A DNA stretch of 64,000 bases from a virus, in the IMG/VR virus record IMGVR_UViG_3300014838_000017, positions 18,349 to 82,348 of that record, one strand, 5' to 3'. Both the position numbers and the translations under genes were made by a program. Below are positions 57,831 to 64,000 of this stretch, piece after piece. A model generated the notes under the pieces. That model had not been told where the DNA came from and ran no database searches. It saw only the letters and a list, made by a program, of their open reading frames with translations. The first letter of the stretch is position 1, and every line of letters starts with the position of its first letter.

Positions 57831-58596
57831 TAATAAATATGATTGTAGGAAATCAATCCGTAAGAACAGTCCGTGTCGAGAATGTGTAACGGAAGAACAT
57901 AGGGCGAGTGGTCGTTACTGTGGAGCAAAAAATCCATTCTATGGAAGGCGTCATACGGAAAAGACTCGGAGCATGATGTCAGCGGTTGATAGGTCGTGGA
58001 TGACTGGTTCTGAAAACCCAATGAAGAATGAGGATACTAAGAAATATTTTTCTGAGTTGTTTACTGGACATGGACCTATGTCGGGAAAGCATCACACAGA
58101 TGCAGCTAAAAAGAAATTATCCATTGCTAATAGTGGAAAAAATAATCCGATGTATGGTAAGCCCACTCCAAATGGAGCGGGGAATGGTTGGGCAAATTGG
58201 TATAAAGGACGACATTTTAGGAGTTTAAGAGAACTTCAATATTATGTTAGTGAAATAGATACACACAATATTTTATGTGAAAGTGCTCAACAAAAAAGAT
58301 TTCGGATTCCATACAAAGATTATAATGGCGTTGATAGAACATATAGACCAGACTTCTTTGTTGATAATCATTTGCTTATAGAAATTAAGCCGAAGAAATT
58401 GTGGAACACTAAAGAAGTAGTAGCAAAGAAAAATGCAGCGGAGGAATTTTGTAGAAAAATGGGTTATGAATACAAACTCGTGGATGTAGAACCAAACTCA
58501 TTGTGTCTCAAAGAAAAATATCTCAATGGTGAAATAAAGTTTGTAGATAAATACAAACTCCGATTTGAGAAATACATAGGAATCAAAAACATATGA
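57733..58596 (+). CDS. NUMOD3 plus TnsA-like PD-(D/E)XK homing endonuclease (true start uncertain)
   Basis: CPKC, NPFYGRRHT / NPMYGK NUMOD3 motifs, FRSLREL and RTYRPDF...IEIKP. Confidence 0.8.
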   Translation: MSIISETKNELMLPLKNDTTKNCPKCGTLLHYSNKYDCRKSIRKNSPCRECVTEEHRASGRYCGAKNPFYGRRHTEKTRSMMSAVDRSWMTGSENPMKNEDTKKYFSELFTGHGPMSGKHHTDAAKKKLSIANSGKNNPMYGKPTPNGAGNGWANWYKGRHFRSLRELQYYVSEIDTHNILCESAQQKRFRIPYKDYNGVDRTYRPDFFVDNHLLIEIKPKKLWNTKEVVAKKNAAEEFCRKMGYEYKLVDVEPNSLCLKEKYLNGEIKFVDKYKLRFEKYIGIKNI

Positions 58597-59294
58597 AAGT
58601 AATTGGCGTCGGCGGTATGGCCCGAGCGGGCAAAGACACGTTTGTGGCCATTGCCATTGAGATTTTGAAAGCCAATAGTTATCGTCCTATGCGAGTAGCA
58701 TTTGCTGATAAGTTGAAGGATGAAGTTGAGGATATGCTCATCGACAACAAGTTTAATGCTACCGTCAAGACTGGCGACACGGCGGCAAAGACGCTTGTCC
58801 GTCCACTTTTAGTATGGTGGGGATGTCAGAGACGCCTTGAAAATGGAAATGGGTTATATTGGGTTAATGAAATAGATAAGAACCTCAATGATCTTTGCGC
58901 CGATTATATTGCTCACGGTGAAAGCCATGAGAACGTTGTCGTATTAGTTTCCGATGTTAGGTTTCCAAATGAAGTTCAGTGGATTCAAGACAAATGGAAC
59001 GGATCGGTAATCCACTTAAAGCGGTGGCAGATCGAATGGTGTAGAGGAGGTCAAGATGGAAGTGATGAATTTGCCGCCAAGTTGTATGATGCTGCTCCAA
59101 ACGAGGAAGAAGCCAAACAAGACCCCTTGGTGGAAGGATTGGCTAATGTTCATGCTGAATGGGAAAATCAGAATCTTGTAACGACCTCTGATGCCATTAA
59201 GAGTGAAAAACTCAAGGCAACCGTGTGGGAATCATTGAATGAAACTCACTACTTTAGACTTCCACGTCCCGTTACCGGCACACTAGTCCTATAA
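58593..59294 (+). CDS. Deoxynucleoside monophosphate kinase (T4 gp1-like)
   Basis: IGVGGMARAGKDT, AFADKLK, RPLLVWWG and SDVRFPNE. Confidence 0.85.
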   Translation: MKVIGVGGMARAGKDTFVAIAIEILKANSYRPMRVAFADKLKDEVEDMLIDNKFNATVKTGDTAAKTLVRPLLVWWGCQRRLENGNGLYWVNEIDKNLNDLCADYIAHGESHENVVVLVSDVRFPNEVQWIQDKWNGSVIHLKRWQIEWCRGGQDGSDEFAAKLYDAAPNEEEAKQDPLVEGLANVHAEWENQNLVTTSDAIKSEKLKATVWESLNETHYFRLPRPVTGTLVL

Positions 59295-59565
59295 GGGTTC
59301 CATTCTCTAGAAAGAAATTGATTTGCCTTTCCTCAGTTTTGGATAGAAATTCATTTTTAAACCGAGGAACTATCTGTCTAACGGAGTTCATGTACATCAC
59401 ATTACATGACTCATATACTCTTCGTTTATCTGCCCCGCCGTGGCAGTTACACATCTTTGATACATTATCAATGCATGTTACTATTTGTATAAATATCATG
59501 TCAAGATTTTGCAACCCTCCTTGTTTTATAAAGTTGGCAAATTGTGTTGGGTTTCGAATGTCCAT
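59272..59565 (-). CDS. Hypothetical Cys-containing protein
   Basis: 97 aa, last gene of the minus-strand operon. Confidence 0.55.
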   Translation of the reverse strand: MDIRNPTQFANFIKQGGLQNLDMIFIQIVTCIDNVSKMCNCHGGADKRRVYESCNVMYMNSVRQIVPRFKNEFLSKTEERQINFFLENGTLIGLVCR

Positions 59566-59566
59566 A

Positions 59567-59902
59567 TTATTCTAATAGCCGGTTTATTATAAGATACAAC
59601 GTCAATCCTCCTATGATGTAGATTGGAGTCAGGAATACTCCCGTAAATAGTCCGAATATAACCCCCCACCATACTGATTGACAAACTGGACAGGTAATCA
59701 GTCTTACGAAAAAACAATTGTGATTCCTACGTAGATAATCAATATATGTAAGCATTACGTCTTCTTTGTATTTTTGGTCGAAGTCCTTGTAGAAGGAAAG
59801 GAAGTTAAGATGGAACAGTCGGGTATATTCAATCCACGCATCAGTGCGAAACCATAATAGTAGCACTGTAGCAATAAAGCATATAACGATCAAAACAACC
59901 AT
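59567..59902 (-). CDS. Membrane protein with a CPxCxSxW motif (DUF1360-like)
   Basis: TM segments and LITCPVCQSVWWG. Confidence 0.6.
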   Translation of the reverse strand: MVVLIVICFIATVLLLWFRTDAWIEYTRLFHLNFLSFYKDFDQKYKEDVMLTYIDYLRRNHNCFFVRLITCPVCQSVWWGVIFGLFTGVFLTPIYIIGGLTLYLIINRLLE

Positions 59903-59913
59903 ACCTATAACTA

Positions 59914-60831
59914 TTATAGGAATGTTAGTTTCGATTCGTCAATCGGAGGGTTCGTGACTACAATTTTCGTGAGAATTTCGGGATTACTGGCTATGATGGG
60001 AGTGACTTCTCGGAGAGAAGATGGGTGGGCAAAGAATCCCCATTTTTTTGTAAACCGTTCCAATTCTATGGCATCGTTCTTGCGGCGGACTTCTTCTTTA
60101 GCTTTATTCTCTGCTATCCACCATTTCAATCCTCTACTGCTGGTGCAAGTAAAATGATATACGATAGCGTCCCAACACTGCTTCATTTCATATCCCTTAA
60201 GAGCGAACCGAAGGGCAATGTCGCTGTCTTCTCTAGACTTAAGGAAACTAACGTCATGACCTCCAATATCGTTCCACAGGTGCTTATACAGCGTGAACGG
60301 GGCAAAGAAATAGTTTGTTAGCTTGGTTGCGTTTATATTAGCTTCGGAGAACTTTAGGAAGTTCTCATATTGAAACTCCTCGGGAATAACCCCGAAGTTT
60401 CGGACGTAGGTGATTGGATTATCATACTGCGTATGTAGAGGAGGCTCACAACGAGTTGAACAAAGGATTTGATTGTCTGCCATGTGGCTAAGAAGCTTTT
60501 TATCGTAATCCAAGCACACAATCATATCAGACTGAAGGAATGATACCACCTCGGTCTTCGCTTTAGAGAACATGTAATTGATGTTCCCGGCGTATCCAAA
60601 TGGGCGTCCATTATTCTTGATTATGGTAAGATTGGGAAATAGTTTCTTCTGTTCCACTAACATTTCGGTGGTTCCCTGATTGTCGGAGTCCACGAATATA
60701 AGAATGTCGTGATAATCGACAGCAATACCATTCAACAGAGATTCCAAGAGCAATGTTATGTATGCCTTCTCGTTTTGAGAAGTGTTTACACAGAATGTAA
60801 TCTTATTTTTTGAGTCGTTCATAACATTCAT
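59914..60831 (-). CDS. Glycosyltransferase family 2
   Basis: ILIFVDSDNQGT, FLQSDM, IGGHD..F...REDSD and VYHF. Confidence 0.85.
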   Translation of the reverse strand: MNVMNDSKNKITFCVNTSQNEKAYITLLLESLLNGIAVDYHDILIFVDSDNQGTTEMLVEQKKLFPNLTIIKNNGRPFGYAGNINYMFSKAKTEVVSFLQSDMIVCLDYDKKLLSHMADNQILCSTRCEPPLHTQYDNPITYVRNFGVIPEEFQYENFLKFSEANINATKLTNYFFAPFTLYKHLWNDIGGHDVSFLKSREDSDIALRFALKGYEMKQCWDAIVYHFTCTSSRGLKWWIAENKAKEEVRRKNDAIELERFTKKWGFFAHPSSLREVTPIIASNPEILTKIVVTNPPIDESKLTFL

Positions 60832-61639
60832 GTATTCCTACATTTAATCCTTTGAATGGAATATTTAATTCGGATAGTCGTTTTCCATATCCGCTATAAT
60901 TCTTACACCACTCAATATTTTCAATTATAATTTCTACTTTGTAGTCGTCTAAATTGTTTATGGTGGAGGCAATTTCACTCAATTTCGAAGTTTTAGGATA
61001 GGACATGTTTAAGTCTATGGATTTTCCATTTAATGATGTCGGTCGGAAAAAATACTTTATAACTGTTGCTAAATCTTCCATGTAGAAAAAATCCATATAT
61101 TTATCTTGTGATATGGTAATTGGACGGTGATTTATGTAGTTTTCTATACTTGATCTTATCATTCTGGATGGGAGTTCGTTATGATAAAAACAACCGAATG
61201 TCCGTAAGTTTATAGCATTTGGAAATATGCTCATTCTTTTCGCAATTATGTTTTTCGCAAGACCATAATAATCATGTGGAACGTTATCCCATAATGCCCC
61301 TTCAAATGTCTTGGCAATATTTTTTTCACGATTATATTCCGCCCCACTCCCAATGTTTATAAATAAATGACCGTAATACTTTGAGTATAAGTTCTCAAAC
61401 ATCAATAGATTATTATAAAAGTTATTGGGTGTATCAGTCTCTCCCCCATTTCCTTCTATGGCGCAATGAATAATGGCATTAATTTGATTTTTTTCTTTGA
61501 ATTCACGCACCATTTTACTTGAATACAAGTCGATAGTATCACGGGTGCCCGCAAATAGTTTGATGTTAGGTACGTCGGCAAGTAGGGTCATTAAATTTGA
61601 CCCAATAAAGCCCTTTGCTCCAGTAATAAGTACATTCAT
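60803..61639 (-). CDS. NAD-dependent epimerase/reductase (extended SDR)
   Basis: LITGAKGFIG, IIHCA, GSGAEY, YGLAK and DFFY.EDL. Confidence 0.9.
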   Translation of the reverse strand: MNVLITGAKGFIGSNLMTLLADVPNIKLFAGTRDTIDLYSSKMVREFKEKNQINAIIHCAIEGNGGETDTPNNFYNNLLMFENLYSKYYGHLFINIGSGAEYNREKNIAKTFEGALWDNVPHDYYGLAKNIIAKRMSIFPNAINLRTFGCFYHNELPSRMIRSSIENYINHRPITISQDKYMDFFYMEDLATVIKYFFRPTSLNGKSIDLNMSYPKTSKLSEIASTINNLDDYKVEIIIENIEWCKNYSGYGKRLSELNIPFKGLNVGIHECYERLKK

Positions 61640-62166
61640 TTTGTTTTGCAGAAATCTGCGGATTCTACGAGAATAGTGCTGAATTTACTTTTGAGTGCAT
61701 TTTCATATTCTGGTACTATTTGTTCTGCTTCGGTAAGTCGAACTATAGTAATGCTCTTACACATTAGTCTAAAAGAATCCGTAAAGTCCCCTTTATGTTG
61801 GTTCTGAGGGTCTACCGGGTGTTCACTGCCAATGGCTACTCGAATAATAACTTTGGGAATAACGTCTCCATTACTCATTCCGGGGTAAGCGTCCAAGTGA
61901 TTTACAATTTGATCGGTGGCACTTAAAAGAAAGTTCCATCTAGGAAAAATGCAAATGGGAATTAAGCCTCCAATGGCTAATCCAGTGCAGACCCCCATTT
62001 GAAGATTTTCTGCTACGGGAAACTCATACTTCTTGTCGTCGGGAATATGAGTAAGAGACTCATACATACCCGTACCTGGGTAACGTACCGCTTGACCTAT
62101 AAACATAGTTTTGGGATGTTCAGCGAGCAATGACATTGCCTTTTTTATTTCGTCGTAGTATTTCAT
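61636..62166 (-). CDS. ThDP enzyme beta-type subunit (PDH E1-beta / transketolase pyrimidine-binding domain only)
   Basis: FIGQAV, EFPVAENLQMG..TGLA, DQIVN and PQNQH. Confidence 0.85.
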   Translation of the reverse strand: MKYYDEIKKAMSLLAEHPKTMFIGQAVRYPGTGMYESLTHIPDDKKYEFPVAENLQMGVCTGLAIGGLIPICIFPRWNFLLSATDQIVNHLDAYPGMSNGDVIPKVIIRVAIGSEHPVDPQNQHKGDFTDSFRLMCKSITIVRLTEAEQIVPEYENALKSKFSTILVESADFCKTK

Positions 62167-62807
62167 TAAAATTGGACCCTCATTCCTGCGCCAGCATGAG
62201 GAAACTTATTATTGGTGTATCGGTAGTAAATCATTTTGTTCGGGGTATCCCATACAATGCCGTCTGATTGTTCGTAAATGTAATCGAACGTGGCCGCAGG
62301 ATGGCGGAATCCCCACATTTCTCGGGTCGGAGTTTCGACTGATTTACCGTTGTCTTCAATGATCCACGTTATCGGGAGATTGTGTACTATACTATATCTC
62401 CACGCTTCACTGAATGCCCCGGTCGCAGCGGACATATCACCGACGAAGCACCATACGTGGTTGCCTTCACTTTTGAGTTTCTCAGCCCAAGCAATCCCCG
62501 TGGCGATGGATGGAATGCCCCCGACAATAGAACTGCATATGATACGATGTTCGGGGATGCACATGACCATTGACTTACCATTCAAGATGCGACGTTTGAG
62601 GTCTTCTTTTGGCACGCCTTTTAAAAGGCACATAAAATGATTCCTCCACGCCCCACAAACCCAATCATTTGATTTGATATTTTCAAATGCTTTTATTGTA
62701 TGGTCTTCATTCCCCGAACTCAAATGGACAGGAGCCTTTATTTTTCCACCGTTGAATAAATTTGCAATATCATCTTCGAATGCTATAAGGTCTTCTTTAG
62801 TTACCAT
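62166..62807 (-). CDS. ThDP enzyme alpha-type subunit (PDH E1-alpha-like)
   Basis: PVHLSSGNE, WRNH, SSIVGG and the ThDP motif GDM...EDN. Confidence 0.88.
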   Translation of the reverse strand: MVTKEDLIAFEDDIANLFNGGKIKAPVHLSSGNEDHTIKAFENIKSNDWVCGAWRNHFMCLLKGVPKEDLKRRILNGKSMVMCIPEHRIICSSIVGGIPSIATGIAWAEKLKSEGNHVWCFVGDMSAATGAFSEAWRYSIVHNLPITWIIEDNGKSVETPTREMWGFRHPAATFDYIYEQSDGIVWDTPNKMIYYRYTNNKFPHAGAGMRVQF

Positions 62808-62967
62808 AATATAGATTTTTTAACTTGTGAATGTGATTGATCGCTCCAGCCAAGTTTTCTGCTTTTTTATATTGTTCAAAATCGTTTGGGTTTAAAATAA
62901 TTGGAACTTTATCCCATTCTTTAATAAGTTCGGTTTCCATTTCTTCCAGTTGAAGTAAATAATCCAT
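62797..62967 (-). CDS. Small hypothetical protein (56 aa); not in the ORF track
   Basis: MDYLLQLEEMETELIKEW...; overlaps both neighbours, including an ATGA coupling. Confidence 0.5.
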   Translation of the reverse strand: MDYLLQLEEMETELIKEWDKVPIILNPNDFEQYKKAENLAGAINHIHKLKNLYYGN

Positions 62968-63983
62968 CACCATACAAATTTGTCTTTGTAGTATGCTACC
63001 ACAGACGGCAACTCAATGTCAAGATCGCATTTGTTTTTCCAATCAAGTTTTCTAAGCTTGCTGTCATTGAGACTATATCTCACATCTACACCCGGACGAT
63101 GGAATGAGAAATCGCAGATTTGAGATTGGAATCCTATCATAGTATCTGTTAATGGGTTGAATATTTGTGGTAATAGTTCTATTTTATTTGAGAAATCATC
63201 TTCTTTTTCCAATAATTTTACAATCTTAGATACTATTTTATAGTTTGGGAGTTCGGCGTTTCCGCTGATATTGAAAATTTCATTTTGGCATTTATTGTTA
63301 ATGATATAAATTACAGCATCGGCAGTATCTTTAGCGTGTAGCCATATGCGGGTGGGAGTTCCATAATTGTGGAGTGGTATCTTTTTCCCCATCAGAAGGA
63401 GTTTACAGGTTTTAGGAATGAGTTTTTCCACATATTGTCCAATACCATAGTTGTTAGTCGGGCGAACAATGATGTAGGGAACCTTGAACGTTCGATTCCA
63501 CGCAAGGATTAACATATCCGCCGCCGCTTTGGTTGCTGAGTAAGGATTGGATGGTTTAAGCAAATTCTCTTCTGTGTGGGAACCTTCGGTGATGTCACCA
63601 TAAACTTCATCAGTGCTAAAATGAAGTAGTGTTGGTATACGAAAGCGTTCTTTGCTCCTAACTAACTCTAACAGGTGATGCACGCCATTGACATTGGAAC
63701 GGAGGAACTCCTTACTACTTACGATAGAGTTATCGACGTGAGTCTCGGCAGCGCAGTTTATTATATAATCGCAATCATACAGACGGTCCAAGTCATTAAT
63801 GTCCGATTCTATGAATTTGAAATGATTTGGTCCCCATCCTTTAAAATATTCAAGTTTATCTGGTTGAGATGCATACGTCATCTTATCCACGCCAATGACG
63901 TGCCATCCTTGATTAAGACAAGCTTCAGTTACATAGGCTCCAATGAAGCCAAGACATCCAGTTACATATACAGTTAGACTCAT
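62967..63983 (-). CDS. rfbB: dTDP-glucose 4,6-dehydratase
   Basis: VTGCLGFIG, DKMTYA, AAETHVDNSI, STDEVYG, PSNPYSATKA, NNYG..Q..EKLIP and RPG.D.RY. Confidence 0.92.
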   Translation of the reverse strand: MSLTVYVTGCLGFIGAYVTEACLNQGWHVIGVDKMTYASQPDKLEYFKGWGPNHFKFIESDINDLDRLYDCDYIINCAAETHVDNSIVSSKEFLRSNVNGVHHLLELVRSKERFRIPTLLHFSTDEVYGDITEGSHTEENLLKPSNPYSATKAAADMLILAWNRTFKVPYIIVRPTNNYGIGQYVEKLIPKTCKLLLMGKKIPLHNYGTPTRIWLHAKDTADAVIYIINNKCQNEIFNISGNAELPNYKIVSKIVKLLEKEDDFSNKIELLPQIFNPLTDTMIGFQSQICDFSFHRPGVDVRYSLNDSKLRKLDWKNKCDLDIELPSVVAYYKDKFVW

Positions 63984-64000
63984 ATTGATTTCTTCTTCAT

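Noticed and set aside
61636-62807. Pyruvate dehydrogenase auxiliary metabolic genes
   Set aside because: The subunits are truncated, no E2/E3 is present in the window, and they are embedded in a nucleotide-sugar operon.
1-64000. tRNA or rRNA genes
   Set aside because: No cloverleaf or T-loop signature was noticed in the short intergenic regions. This is by eye only; tRNAscan-SE would settle it.

Overview
This window is 64 kb of a large, AT-rich, T4-like (contractile-tailed) phage genome using the standard genetic code. The left half is a tail module: a Ser/Ala/Thr-repeat fibre, four tandem paralogous tail proteins, sheath, tube, a probably frameshifted tail-assembly chaperone pair, tape measure and baseplate genes. 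About 10 kb of accessory genes sit between sheath and tube. The middle is replication and recombination: a compact family-A DNA polymerase, gp32-like SSB, RecA/UvsX, a 5'-3' exonuclease, a gp41/DnaB helicase and the class II RNR NrdJ. A MoxR/vWA pair, a dNMP kinase and a minus-strand nucleotide-sugar/glycosyltransferase operon follow. Nine homing-endonuclease-like ORFs are scattered through the window. Main observations: (1) the helicase is broken into three genes by two split inteins, one atypically split, each interrupted by a free-standing endonuclease, so the 472-aa enzyme would need two trans-splicing reactions. (2) An unannotated family of about 50-aa basic leader ORFs (MGR..TE..YY..RY) overlaps three unrelated endonuclease genes, always with the nuclease in the +1 frame. 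(3) A recurring TATTTATA-type motif lies a few nt before many start codons. Product calls come from motif recognition by eye; no database searches were run.
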